Source: Candidatus Woesebacteria bacterium RBG_16_42_24 (GTDB lineage Bacteria; Patescibacteriota; Microgenomatia; UBA8517). From it: 64,000 nt of DNA. The notes beneath the pieces were generated by a model, which saw only the letters and a program-made list of their open reading frames with translations, did no database searches and was not told where the DNA came from. The translations under genes and the position numbers were made by a program. The stretch lies in the NCBI GenBank assembly GCA_001792115.1, contig MGFX01000001.1:240606-304605 (forward strand), written 5' to 3'. The first letter of the stretch is position 1, and each line of letters begins with the position of its first letter. Shown one piece after another: positions 1 through 10,039 of the stretch.

Positions 1-407
1 AGAAGGAAGTTTCAATAGAGGGTAAAAAGCGTAAAGTTAAAATTCCGGCCGGGGTTGATGAAGGCTCAAGGATCAATTTTGGCGACTTTTTACTCTCGAT
101 TAACGTCCGTCCGGATAAGGTTTTTGAAAGAGACGGAAGCGATATATATGTCAGTGTTGGCATCCCCTTCTCTTTGGCTACTCTAGGAGGAGAGATCAAA
201 GTACCAACAATCGATGGAGATATCAAAATAAGAGTGCGATCCGGAACTCAATCTGGAACGACGCTCAGACTTCGAGAAAAAGGTACCATAAACATTCGGG
301 GTCGCGGCCGGGGAGATCAATACGTTCGTATAAATGTGTTAGTTCCGGATAAATTAAACCGTGAACAAAAAGAAGCTATTGAAGGTCTCCAGGCCGAGGG
401 ACTTTGA
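1..407 (+). CDS. dnaJ: DnaJ family chaperone, C-terminal part (5' truncated by window)
   Basis: Frame open from position 3: KVKIPAGVDEG...FERDGSDIY...ATLGGEIKVPTIDG...GTQSGTTLRLREKG...GDQYV, a DnaJ C-domain pattern. Confidence 0.85.
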   Translation, partial: KEVSIEGKKRKVKIPAGVDEGSRINFGDFLLSINVRPDKVFERDGSDIYVSVGIPFSLATLGGEIKVPTIDGDIKIRVRSGTQSGTTLRLREKGTINIRGRGRGDQYVRINVLVPDKLNREQKEAIEGLQAEGL

Positions 408-414
408 TTCTTCG

Positions 415-443
415 TTGACTTATTCAGGCTTAAGGAGTAAAAT
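415..443 (+). promoter_or_regulatory. sigma70-type promoter for nusA-infB
   Basis: TTGACT (415-420), 17-nt spacer, TAAAAT (438-443). Confidence 0.65.
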
Positions 444-514
444 TCTAAATTAGAAATTAGAGCTAGAGATTAGAAATGGTGGGATTTTTGCCCGCCATTT
501 TTTGTAAAAGACAT

Positions 515-1594
515 ATGCAGACACCGAGGACAGAATTTGCTCAAGCCCTAAAGGCCATAGCTACAGAGCGTGGCCTCGACCCCTCTGTTATTTTAGACAC
601 CATCAAGCAAGCTATAATTGCCGCATATCGTAGAGACGCAAAAGAGCGAGGAGAGGATACGGAGGAGCTTGATTTTGACGTCGAAATAAATCCCACAAAC
701 GGGGAAGCCAGAGTTTTTGCTTGGCCGCTTGAGAAGCCCAAACAAAAGAAGGACGTCACACCTCCAGGCTTCGGTCGAATAGCGGCGCAGACGGCAAAAC
801 AAGTAATCCATCAAAAGATTCGTGAGGCAGAAAAAGGAGCGATAATGGAAGAATTCTCGGGTCGTGCAGGAAATTTAGTTTCCGGTATGATTTTGAGATT
901 TGACGGTCCCAATGTTCGGGTCGATATGGGAAGAACCGAGGCGACAATGCCGGCAAGCGAGAGAATTCCCAATGAACGTCTTACCCCTAATCAGAGACTT
1001 ACTTTTCTTCTTAAGGAAATTATAGAAGGTACAAGGGGGAAGGAAATTATCCTTTCTCGTGCAGACCCCGCCTTTGTTGAGAAGCTTTTCGCAAGGGAGG
1101 TCCCCGAAGTTGCTTCTGGAAGCGTTGTAATTAAACAAATTGCAAGAGAACCAGGAGTGAGAACAAAAATTGCTGTAGCCTCCGAACAATCGGGAGTAGA
1201 TCCGGTGGGTTCCTGTGTTGGCCAGAAGGGGGTTAGGGTTCAGGCAGTCACCAATGAGTTGGGAGGGGAGAGGGTGGATATAATTCCCTGGAGCCAGGAT
1301 TCAGCCGAACTTATTTCCGCTGCTCTTTCACCAGCAGAGAACGTAACTGTGGGCCTGGATGAGAAGACAAAGGTTGCCAAGGCGAAAGCCCCCGAGGACC
1401 AACTGTCACTTGCGATTGGAAAAGAAGGACAGAATGTGCGCCTCGCGGCGAAACTTACCGGGTGGAGAATCGAGGTTGAAGGAATTCCACAAGAGAAAGA
1501 ACAAGTCTCGGAAATTAGTTTAATTAAAAAGACTAGGACTAAGAAAGTAACTAAGAAAAAAGCTTCCCAGACGGCCGACGCGCCGCAGGAATGA
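515..1594 (+). CDS. nusA: Transcription termination/antitermination factor NusA
   Basis: FGRIAAQTAKQVI, AREPGVRTKIAV, DPVGSCVGQKGVR, SLAIGKEGQNVRLAAKLTGWRI; start moved to ATG 515 (MQTPRTEF). Confidence 0.97.
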   Translation: MQTPRTEFAQALKAIATERGLDPSVILDTIKQAIIAAYRRDAKERGEDTEELDFDVEINPTNGEARVFAWPLEKPKQKKDVTPPGFGRIAAQTAKQVIHQKIREAEKGAIMEEFSGRAGNLVSGMILRFDGPNVRVDMGRTEATMPASERIPNERLTPNQRLTFLLKEIIEGTRGKEIILSRADPAFVEKLFAREVPEVASGSVVIKQIAREPGVRTKIAVASEQSGVDPVGSCVGQKGVRVQAVTNELGGERVDIIPWSQDSAELISAALSPAENVTVGLDEKTKVAKAKAPEDQLSLAIGKEGQNVRLAAKLTGWRIEVEGIPQEKEQVSEISLIKKTRTKKVTKKKASQTADAPQE

Positions 1595-1615
1595 AAATTT
1601 CATTAGAAAGACAAA

Positions 1616-3010
1616 ATGATGGAAAAAAGTGCTCGAGCTCCAATAGTTTGCGTATTAGGCCATGTAGATCATGGAAAAACTACGCTTCTTGATGCAATAA
1701 GGACGACAAATGTTGCATCAAAAGAAGCTGGGGGAATTACTCAAGGTATAGGAGCGTCAGTTGTAACCACAAAAAAGGGAAGTATAACCTTCATAGATAC
1801 TCCAGGCCACGCAGCTTTCTCCAATATGCGCTCCCGGGGAGCAAAGGTTGCAGATATTGCAATATTGGTAGTAGATGCAACAGCCGGAGTAAAACCACAG
1901 ACGAGTGAAGCAATTCAATTAATTAAATCGGCCAATATACCTTTTGTTGTGGCAATTACGAAAATAGACCTACCTTCAGCAAATATTGAGGAAGTAAAAG
2001 GACAACTTACTAAAGAGGGAATTTTATTTGAAGGCCGAGGAGGCGATACACCTGTAGTTGCCGTTTCTGCCAAAGAGTCAAAAGGACTATCCGAGCTTCT
2101 TGAGACGATAAATCTGGTTGCAGAGGTAAGTGGGGTCAAGGGAGAGAGAAACTCCCCTCTTGAGGCGGTTGTTATCGAAAGTAGCAAAGATAAAAGAGGG
2201 ACAGTTGCGTCGATAGTAGTAAGAGCTGGAAGGATTAAGGTTGGAGATCAAATTTCTGCAGAGGCAATTTCTGGCAAGGTGAGGGCTCTTTTTAACGATA
2301 AATTAGAGTCTGTCAGGGAAGTAGGTCCCGGAGAACCTGGCCAAGTTTTGGGCTTCGAAGAAGTTCCGCCGGTTGGGGCAAGTGTCAGAATTGGAGAAGT
2401 AACTCAGGATTTAAAGGTTCAACCGCAAAAACAAGCCGAGGTAGCTGAAGGAGAAATCCCAATCCTAATTAAAACTAAAGATAAGGGCAGTATTGAGGCG
2501 ATCGAGGGGGTTCTTCCTTCTCTTTATAAAGTGATTAATAAAGGAGTTGGAGATGTAAACGAATCTGATGTTTTAGCCGCCAAAGCGGCAAGTGCCAGGA
2601 TTTTTGTCTTCGGCTCGAAAGTTACTTCCTCCTCCGCAAAGCTTGCCGAAACAGAAGGTGTGGTAATTGAAAAATTCGAAATAATCTATGAACTTATTGA
2701 AAGACTTGAGGAAATACTGAAAAAGGGTGAGGTTGAGATATTCGGGAAAGCTGAGATTGTCGCAACTTTCCCCTTTAATAATAAAAAAGTTGCTGGGTGT
2801 AAAGTAGTGTCTGGGCGGATTAAGATTAAAGATCATCTAAAACTGTTTCGAGGAGATAAAGATATCGGAAAAGTAAGAGTGATTTCCATGAAGAAACAGA
2901 AAGAGGAGGTGACGGAAGTCGGGGCAGGAGAGGAATTCGGAGTAATTTTTGAACCGCAGCTTGATTTTTCAAAGGGTGACGTGTTAGTATCGGTCGCCAG
3001 TAAGAAGTAA
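1616..3010 (+). CDS. infB: Translation initiation factor IF-2, short form lacking the N-terminal domain
   Basis: [32 protein letters not shown]; only 464 aa. Confidence 0.95.
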   Translation: MMEKSARAPIVCVLGHVDHGKTTLLDAIRTTNVASKEAGGITQGIGASVVTTKKGSITFIDTPGHAAFSNMRSRGAKVADIAILVVDATAGVKPQTSEAIQLIKSANIPFVVAITKIDLPSANIEEVKGQLTKEGILFEGRGGDTPVVAVSAKESKGLSELLETINLVAEVSGVKGERNSPLEAVVIESSKDKRGTVASIVVRAGRIKVGDQISAEAISGKVRALFNDKLESVREVGPGEPGQVLGFEEVPPVGASVRIGEVTQDLKVQPQKQAEVAEGEIPILIKTKDKGSIEAIEGVLPSLYKVINKGVGDVNESDVLAAKAASARIFVFGSKVTSSSAKLAETEGVVIEKFEIIYELIERLEEILKKGEVEIFGKAEIVATFPFNNKKVAGCKVVSGRIKIKDHLKLFRGDKDIGKVRVISMKKQKEEVTEVGAGEEFGVIFEPQLDFSKGDVLVSVASKK

Positions 3011-3022
3011 TACTTAAGCACG

Positions 3023-3880
3023 ATGGAAAACTCATTCGGATCACTTATTAACTCTGCCTCTTCAGTCTTAATTCTCCTTCCCGTTAGGCCCTATCTTGAC
3101 CAAGTTGCCGCAGGACTCGCCCTCTACCTAGCTATTCGGGATCAAAAAGACGCAAGTATTTCTTGCCCCACCCCTATGACAGTTGAATTTAATCGACTTG
3201 TCGGGGTAAATAAAGTAACTGCGGATCTGGGAAACAAAAATATGGTCATTAAATTTATCAACTATAACGCAAGAAATATCGAAAGAATCAGTTCCGAGGT
3301 GGAAGGCAACGAACTTTATATGGTAGTTATTCCTAATCCGGGTGCAAAGGCCCCGGCAAAAGAGAATGTCGAGATATCCTTTTCGGGCGTATCGGCCGAA
3401 ACAATCATATTAGTGGGAGGAGTAAATGAGTCTCATTATCCACAATTAGCATCCAAAGATCTTATGGGGACAAAAGTAGTTCATATAGGCACAAGGTCCT
3501 TAGCTCTTTCCCCCAATAGAAACATTCTCTCTTTTGCCAGACCGGCTTCCTCGGTTTCCGAATTAGCGGCAGCACTAATTGAGGAATTGGGCATAACCAT
3601 AGATACCGATATTGCTACAAATCTTTTGATGGGGGTTGAAGAAGGCAGCCGTCAGTTTAAGGGGCCAGATGTGACTGCCGAAACTTTTGAATTAGTTGCT
3701 AGACTTCTTAAGAAAGGTGGACAGAGGTTGCAAGTACAGGTTGACAAGGCTCAATTTCCGTCCCCACGTCAAGCCCCCCCGACCGCTCCGCTTCCAGAAA
3801 GAGTGGAGGAAGAATCTCCCAAAGAGCCGCCAAAGGATTGGTTAGAGCCGAAAATCTACAAAGGGACTTCAATTAGTTAA
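3023..3880 (+). CDS. DHH/NrnA-like phosphoesterase homolog, catalytic motifs degenerate
   Basis: SSVSEL...LGITIDTDIATNLLMG...F resembles DHH family; position after infB; no DHH triad. Confidence 0.55.
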   Translation: MENSFGSLINSASSVLILLPVRPYLDQVAAGLALYLAIRDQKDASISCPTPMTVEFNRLVGVNKVTADLGNKNMVIKFINYNARNIERISSEVEGNELYMVVIPNPGAKAPAKENVEISFSGVSAETIILVGGVNESHYPQLASKDLMGTKVVHIGTRSLALSPNRNILSFARPASSVSELAAALIEELGITIDTDIATNLLMGVEEGSRQFKGPDVTAETFELVARLLKKGGQRLQVQVDKAQFPSPRQAPPTAPLPERVEEESPKEPPKDWLEPKIYKGTSIS

Positions 3881-3985
3881 AAGTTCAACCCATTCGGCAA
3901 GCACAGGGTTGATGCTGAGCTTGGTTATTCTTTTTGAGTTTTTAATTTGTTTATGTTATTATTCCTACGATGTCTACAAGGTTTT

Positions 3986-4014
3986 TCCTTCGACTCCTTT
4001 GAGTCGCTCAGGAT
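3986..4014. repeat. Short palindromic dispersed repeat (family A)
   Basis: tccttcgactcctttgagtcgctcagga is nearly the reverse complement of 57061-57088; related copies at 38958-39028 and 16081-16098. Confidence 0.75.
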
Positions 4015-4035
4015 TTACTTTGTTCAACATGTCTT

Positions 4036-4305
4036 ATGGCACTACCAACTGAAGAAAAACAGGAGATTATTAAAAAGTTTGCTCGCGAGAAAGGCGACAC
4101 AGGGAGCCCCGAAGTACAAATCGCACTTCTTTCAGCGCAAATCGATAAACTTATTTTGCATTTGAAGGAACACGCAAAAGATGTACACTCGAGAAAGGGA
4201 CTTCTTAGTATGGTTGCTAAAAGAAGAAGGCTTTTGACCTATCTTCAAAAGCGCGATGAGGCGCGGTACAAAATCCTCATAGGAGAACTAAAACTCAAGA
4301 AATAA
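4036..4305 (+). CDS. rpsO: 30S ribosomal protein S15
   Basis: DTGSPEVQIALL, DVHSRKGLLSMVAKRRRLLTYL. Confidence 0.98.
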   Translation: MALPTEEKQEIIKKFAREKGDTGSPEVQIALLSAQIDKLILHLKEHAKDVHSRKGLLSMVAKRRRLLTYLQKRDEARYKILIGELKLKK

Positions 4306-4334
4306 CCTACTAGGATATTTCACCAAACATTTTA

Positions 4335-6581
4335 ATGAAGAAAGCTGAAAAAAGTATAGAACTGGGTGGTAGAAAACTCACCCTCAAAACGGGCGTTCTG
4401 GCTGAACAAGCAACAGGCAGCGTCCTTGCTTCATATGGAGAAACAGTTGTATTGGCAACGGTTGTTGCCGCTCCCTTAAAAGTTGATCTGGGTTATTTTC
4501 CTCTCATGGTCGAATATCAGGAAAGGCTTTATGCGGGAGGCCGTATCAAAGGAAGTAGATGGGTAAAAAGAGAGGGCAGACCCACGGATGAGGAAATTTT
4601 GTCTGCAAGGTTAATTGATCGCTCAATTAGGCCCCTTTTTCCGGAAACGTACAAAAAAGAAGTTCAGGTTGTTTTGACTGTTCTTTCGGTTGATAGGGAA
4701 AACGACCCTTCGATTCTTTCAGCAATTGCAACATCTGCGGCTTTGGCCGTCTCAAATATTCCCTGGAAAGACCCGATTGGAATAGTAAGAGTTGGGATGA
4801 AAGAGGGTGTTTATTTTGTCAACCCGGTTGACACTGAAATGGCAGTTTCGGAGATGGATTTGGTTGTTTCGGCAACAAAAGACGCGGTGCTTATGATTGA
4901 GGCCGGAGCCAAGGAGGTAAGCGAAGAGTCTATTTTGGGGGCGGTTGAGTTTGCCCAAGGGGAAATTGGCAAAATTGTTAAGGTAATTAACGACTTGGCT
5001 AAAGAGGTGGGGAGTGAAAAAGAGGTAGTAAAAGAAGAGAAAATTGATGTGAAACTAGTCTCAGCCGTCAAAAAACTGGTCCAAGATAAACTTCCAAAGA
5101 TAGTTGAAGGAATGGTTTTAAGGGAAGGCGGAAGGACCGAAGAATATCAGGAACTTCTGGGTGCAGTTTTAGACAAAGTTTCAGAAGAAGAGCGAATTTA
5201 TGTGCCTGCTATTTTGGATAAACTTAAAAAGGAATATGTTCGATCATTAGTCCTCTCCGGAAAAAGATTGGATGGAAGAAAGCATACGGAAATAAGAAAG
5301 CTTTCTTCCCAGGTGGGAGTTCTTCCGAGAACCCACGGAAGTGCGATTTTTCAAAGAGGCCAAACCCAGGTTCTTACAGTGGCCACCCTTGGCGCCCCGT
5401 CTTTGGAGCAGCTTCTCGAGTCGGCCGAAGGAGAAGCGTCGAAAAGGTATATGCACCACTACTCCATGCCCCCTTACTCATTGGGAGAAACAGGAAGAAT
5501 GGGATTTCCTTCAAGGCGCGATATAGGACATGGAGCATTGGCCGAGAGGGCGCTTCTGCCTGTAATTCCTTCTGAAGAAGCTTTCCCTTATACAATTAGG
5601 GTAGTTTCCGAGGTTATGAGCTCAAATGGTTCTACTTCCATGGCATCGGTCTGTGGTTCAACACTTGCCCTTATGGATGCAGGAGTTCCTATTGCCTTTC
5701 CCGTATCCGGGATTGCGATGGGGCTTGTAATTGAGGACCTGCCTGCCGGCAAGGCTGGCAAAAAAGTTGCAATTCTCTCGGACATTATTGGAATGGAGGA
5801 CTTTAATGGCGACATGGACTTTAAAGTCGCAGGTACCCAGAAAGGAATTACTGCACTTCAGATGGACGTAAAAACTCTAAACCTTACAAAGGACGTTCTA
5901 AAACAAGCCCTTGCCCAAGCCAAGGAAGGAAGGGCATTTATCTTAAAAAATATGCTGGAGACTTTATCCTCTCCCAGAGAGAAAGTATCCTTATATGCAC
6001 CCAAAATTAAAGTCGTTAAAATTCCCGTTGAAAAAATTGGGGAACTTATTGGCCCCGGTGGAAAAATGATTAGAAAAATTATTGCAGAGACTGGGGCACA
6101 GGTTGAGGTTGAAGACGACGGAAGCGTTAATGTTTCCGGGTCAACGGATGAAGCTTTGGCCGCCGGAGTGAGCAGGATCGAAGCTTTGACAAAAGAAGCA
6201 ATCCCCGGAGAGATTTACCAAGGTGAGGTTAAAAGGATTCAGCCATTTGGGGCATTTGTTGAAATCCTACCTGGCAAGGAGGGATTGGTACACATTTCGG
6301 ACATGAGTGAGGGTTTTGTCAAAGACCCCAATGAAGTGGTTTCATTAGGTGCAAAAGTGCAAGTTAGAGTTAAAGAGATTGACGAGCTTGGAAGAATAAA
6401 CCTTTCGATGTTAATGGATCCTTCTAAGGATAAGCCGAAGGCAGATCGGGGAAGTTTTGGTGCGAGGGGGAGACATGATTTTCAGAGAAGACCTCGGTTC
6501 AGGGAACAAAGAGAAAGAGGGGGTCCACATTTTCCAACAACCAGGTTTTTAGAACCTAATAAAAAAGACTTCAATAGGTAA
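4335..6581 (+). CDS. pnp: Polyribonucleotide nucleotidyltransferase (PNPase)
   Basis: RLIDRSIRPLF, RTHGSAIFQRGQTQ, SNGSTSMASVC, GDMDFKVAGT, KH and S1 domains; follows rpsO. Confidence 0.98.
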   Translation: MKKAEKSIELGGRKLTLKTGVLAEQATGSVLASYGETVVLATVVAAPLKVDLGYFPLMVEYQERLYAGGRIKGSRWVKREGRPTDEEILSARLIDRSIRPLFPETYKKEVQVVLTVLSVDRENDPSILSAIATSAALAVSNIPWKDPIGIVRVGMKEGVYFVNPVDTEMAVSEMDLVVSATKDAVLMIEAGAKEVSEESILGAVEFAQGEIGKIVKVINDLAKEVGSEKEVVKEEKIDVKLVSAVKKLVQDKLPKIVEGMVLREGGRTEEYQELLGAVLDKVSEEERIYVPAILDKLKKEYVRSLVLSGKRLDGRKHTEIRKLSSQVGVLPRTHGSAIFQRGQTQVLTVATLGAPSLEQLLESAEGEASKRYMHHYSMPPYSLGETGRMGFPSRRDIGHGALAERALLPVIPSEEAFPYTIRVVSEVMSSNGSTSMASVCGSTLALMDAGVPIAFPVSGIAMGLVIEDLPAGKAGKKVAILSDIIGMEDFNGDMDFKVAGTQKGITALQMDVKTLNLTKDVLKQALAQAKEGRAFILKNMLETLSSPREKVSLYAPKIKVVKIPVEKIGELIGPGGKMIRKIIAETGAQVEVEDDGSVNVSGSTDEALAAGVSRIEALTKEAIPGEIYQGEVKRIQPFGAFVEILPGKEGLVHISDMSEGFVKDPNEVVSLGAKVQVRVKEIDELGRINLSMLMDPSKDKPKADRGSFGARGRHDFQRRPRFREQRERGGPHFPTTRFLEPNKKDFNR

Positions 6582-6605
6582 CCCCTAAGTGCTAAAGTTT
6601 AAGGT

Positions 6606-7652
6606 ATGGATGCTGCTGCCCAAGAAATTTCTAAGCTAGCTGAAAGGGTAAGAGGTTCGACTCTTCCAAATAAACTCCTAGAAGAGATTTCAGTAAGACT
6701 CGATCAACTTTCGAAACTGACCAATTCACCGACATTTTTGCCCGAGTTTGACAGAATAAGCAAATATATAGATTGGGTAATCTCTCTTCCTTGGGAGGTA
6801 AGAACTCAGGATACCTTAGATTTAGAGGCGGGCAGGAAGATTTTAGATAAAAATCACTATGGGCTTTTGGAAGTAAAAGACAGGATCCTGGAGTATATGT
6901 CTGTAATGAAACTCAAACAGGAAAGGGGTGAGGGGGCGGATATTTTTCGAGCTCCCATTCTTTGTTTTGTGGGTTTGGTTGGAACTGGAAAAACGACCAT
7001 TGCCTACTCAATCGCCCAAGCCTTGGGAAGGCGCTTTGCAAGAATTCCTTTCGGTGGTATGGGAGATCCGTTAGATCTTAGGGGACAATCAAGGATGCAC
7101 CCCGAAGCAGAGCCCGGGAAAGTTATTAAATCTCTAAAATTTGCGCAAAGCAAAAATTGCGTGATTCTTTTAGACGAAATAGACAGGGTAACTGAAGCCG
7201 GAAGGTCCTCCATTATGGGAGTACTGGTTGAGCTTCTTGACCCCGAGCAGAATCACGAGTTTGTGGATCACTATATTGATTTTCCATTCGACCTCTCTGA
7301 GGTTCTTTTTATAGCAACCGCCAACAACACCACCAATATCTCAACAGCCGTTCTTGATAGACTAGAGCCGATTGGTATGCCTTCTTACTCGGATAATGAA
7401 AAAATAACAATTGGTTCCCAATACGTTTTCCCGAGGATAATGGCTGCTGCTGGGCTACCCGAAGGTTCAGTTACCCTAGATAATGAGGTTTGGCCTTTAG
7501 TTGTAAGACCTCTGGGATTTGATTCGGGTATAAGGACGTTGGAGAGGACAATCGAGGGAATTGTAAGAAAAATTGCTAAGCTAATAGTTGAGGGAAAAGG
7601 CCAATCATTTAGAATTAATACCCAAAATGTTAAGGAGTTTTTGCCCCAGTAA
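6606..7652 (+). CDS. Lon-type AAA+ ATPase module without N-domain or protease domain
   Basis: LDKNHYGLLEVKDRILEY, GLVGTGKT, ILLDEID, LLDPEQN..F.DHY, DLSEVLFIATAN; ends before any Lon_C domain. Confidence 0.85.
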   Translation: MDAAAQEISKLAERVRGSTLPNKLLEEISVRLDQLSKLTNSPTFLPEFDRISKYIDWVISLPWEVRTQDTLDLEAGRKILDKNHYGLLEVKDRILEYMSVMKLKQERGEGADIFRAPILCFVGLVGTGKTTIAYSIAQALGRRFARIPFGGMGDPLDLRGQSRMHPEAEPGKVIKSLKFAQSKNCVILLDEIDRVTEAGRSSIMGVLVELLDPEQNHEFVDHYIDFPFDLSEVLFIATANNTTNISTAVLDRLEPIGMPSYSDNEKITIGSQYVFPRIMAAAGLPEGSVTLDNEVWPLVVRPLGFDSGIRTLERTIEGIVRKIAKLIVEGKGQSFRINTQNVKEFLPQ

Positions 7653-7679
7653 ATCGCTTTTTTACAAATTTTTTCAACT

Positions 7680-8333
7680 TTGCTACACTTAAACCTGCCT
7701 GATTTGATCAATTCGAAACACTATAATATAGACAAGCAAGAATCCTTGAGAACCTTAAAGGGTACAATGCTGAAAGACAAGAGCTTGCCCTTGAGACAGG
7801 GGGCAACCAATTTAGTTTTTGGCGTAGGCAATCCTGATACCAAAATATTATTTATTGGAGAAGGGCCTGGGTATTGGGAAGACCAAAAAGGCGAACCCTT
7901 TGTAGGAAACGCGGGAAAACTTCTAAACTCTTTACTTCAATTAATCAAACTGGAAAGAAGTAAAGTTTATATAACAAACGTGATACACCATAGACCCCCA
8001 AACAATAGAGACCCAGAGCCTTCCGAGATTGCAGCTTACGCTCTTTATTTAGATAAAATTATAGAAATAATAAAGCCCAGAGTAGTTGTAACATTAGGAA
8101 GATTTTCGATGGGGAAATTTTTACCGGGTGTAAAAATTACAGCTATTCACGGAAGGGAGTTCAGTATAAACTGGAAAGGGAAAGAAACTACCATAGTGCC
8201 CATGTTTCATCCAGCTGCGGCATTAAGAAGCACAGAGGTTTTAAGGGCAATAAAGGAAGATTTTATTAAATTACCCGAAATCTTAAATCGGGTAAAAGAA
8301 GAACCTAAGGGAGAACAAATGAAGTTTATATAA
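7680..8333 (+). CDS. Uracil-DNA glycosylase, family 4-like (start uncertain; ATG 7767 is an alternative)
   Basis: IGEGPG, PFVGNAG, RPPNNRDP, TLGRFS, HPAA. Confidence 0.9.
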   Translation: MLHLNLPDLINSKHYNIDKQESLRTLKGTMLKDKSLPLRQGATNLVFGVGNPDTKILFIGEGPGYWEDQKGEPFVGNAGKLLNSLLQLIKLERSKVYITNVIHHRPPNNRDPEPSEIAAYALYLDKIIEIIKPRVVVTLGRFSMGKFLPGVKITAIHGREFSINWKGKETTIVPMFHPAAALRSTEVLRAIKEDFIKLPEILNRVKEEPKGEQMKFI

Positions 8334-8334
8334 A

Positions 8335-9987
8335 ATGGCTTTTCTTAAATTTATAGCTTTATCTGGTACGACGGGTGTAACTCAAAACCATTACGTTTAC
8401 GAATACGGCAATGACATGATTGTTGTTGATGCGGGAGTCGGTTTTCCTGAAGCCGAGATGTATGGGGTCGATTTGGTGATTCCGGATTTTAGTTATGTAA
8501 AGGAAAACAAACACAAGCTTCGAGGTATTCTAATTTCGCATGGACACGAAGACCATCTTGGGGCCCTACCCTTTCTTCTTCCCCAGGTTAACACGCAGGT
8601 TTATGCTACCCGCCTCGTTGCGGGTTTTATAGAAGACAAACTCAGAGACTACCGTCTAAAGGGTTATAAATTGAATGTTTTTGACCCTGAACGAGATACT
8701 CTAACTTTGGGCAGCTTCAAAGTTACTCCCTTTAGAGTTTCACATTCGGTTCCGGATGGGGTTGGTTTTGCAATAGATACTCCCGAAGGCAGGGTATTCC
8801 ATGTTGCCGACTACAAATTTGACTGGACGCCGGTTGACGGACGGCCTTTTGATATAGCCAAGTGTGCAAACCTTGCCACCGAGGGTACGCTAGCCGTTGT
8901 TTCTGATTGTCTGGGGGCCAATTCTCCTGGCTACACCGAGTCCGAAGCCCAAATTGAAGAGAAGATAGAAAATCTGGTTTTGAACTTTGGCAAGCAAGTC
9001 TTTTTCAGTACGATTTCTTCTAATATCTCAAGGATGCAACAAGCCTTAAACGTTGCTCAAAAGGCAGGAAGGAAGGCGGTTTTTATTGGAAGGTCTATCG
9101 AAAAAAAAGCAGAGATAGCCAGATCCCTTGGATACCTGCATTATGATGGGAGCTTGGTAATTTCGATAAAAGAAGCAAGGAAATTACCTAGCGATAAAGT
9201 TTTTTACATCATTTCCGGAAGCTATGGACAACCCGGGAGCGCTCTTTATCGACTTGCAATAGGCGAACACGACTTTCTAAAGCTTTCCCCCGACGACCTC
9301 GTGATTTTCTCATCAGACCCTGCCCCGCCCGGTTCAAAGGCAAACGTCGATTTTTTGGTGGATAAGCTGATCGAGGCAAATGCGGAAGTTCACTACTACG
9401 ATATGCAGGAGGACTTGCACGTTTCGGGACACGGGAGCCAGAATGATATTGAAATGCTTTTCGCGCTTCTTAAGCCTAAATTTTATATCCCGATTGGCGG
9501 CACAATGAGACACATGAGGGCCTATTCCCAGATGGCCCAAAAGATGGGGGCGAAGAAAGAAGACGTATTCGAACTTCTTCCTGGAGAGACAGTTGAGTTT
9601 AGCGGCAAAAGCGCAAAGAAGGGGGGACGGGTGCCAGTAAAAGACGTCTTGGTGGACGGACTCGGCATTGGAGATGTAGGGAATGTGGTTTTGAGGGATA
9701 GACAAGTTCTTGCCAAAGATGGGGTAGCGATTGCAATGCTTCAGGTTGATAGGAATGCAAGAAAGCTCGTCGGTGCTCCGGAAATAATAAGTAGAGGGTT
9801 TGTTTACGAGGCAAAGCATAAAGATATTCTTATTGAGGCAGGCAAAGAGCTCGCTAGTGAGCTCGAAAAAAAACCAAGTGTGGACACCCACATTACGAGA
9901 AACATAACCATTGAGTATCTCGAACGCTATTTCTTCAAAAGGACCGGACGACGCCCCATGGTCATCCCCGTAGTGGTTGAGCTCTAA
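8335..9987 (+). CDS. rnj: Ribonuclease J
   Basis: SHGHEDHLG, HSVPD, DYKFDWTP, HVSGH, LVDGLGIGDVGNVVLRDR. Confidence 0.95.
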   Translation: MAFLKFIALSGTTGVTQNHYVYEYGNDMIVVDAGVGFPEAEMYGVDLVIPDFSYVKENKHKLRGILISHGHEDHLGALPFLLPQVNTQVYATRLVAGFIEDKLRDYRLKGYKLNVFDPERDTLTLGSFKVTPFRVSHSVPDGVGFAIDTPEGRVFHVADYKFDWTPVDGRPFDIAKCANLATEGTLAVVSDCLGANSPGYTESEAQIEEKIENLVLNFGKQVFFSTISSNISRMQQALNVAQKAGRKAVFIGRSIEKKAEIARSLGYLHYDGSLVISIKEARKLPSDKVFYIISGSYGQPGSALYRLAIGEHDFLKLSPDDLVIFSSDPAPPGSKANVDFLVDKLIEANAEVHYYDMQEDLHVSGHGSQNDIEMLFALLKPKFYIPIGGTMRHMRAYSQMAQKMGAKKEDVFELLPGETVEFSGKSAKKGGRVPVKDVLVDGLGIGDVGNVVLRDRQVLAKDGVAIAMLQVDRNARKLVGAPEIISRGFVYEAKHKDILIEAGKELASELEKKPSVDTHITRNITIEYLERYFFKRTGRRPMVIPVVVEL

Positions 9988-10039
9988 GTTCCTACGTAGT
10001 TTTCTGAGATTAGCTTGTGATATGATTTGTGTGACTGAA

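Noticed and set aside
3947-4165. 72-aa ORF overlapping rpsO
   Set aside because: It runs through a palindromic repeat and out of frame over rpsO.
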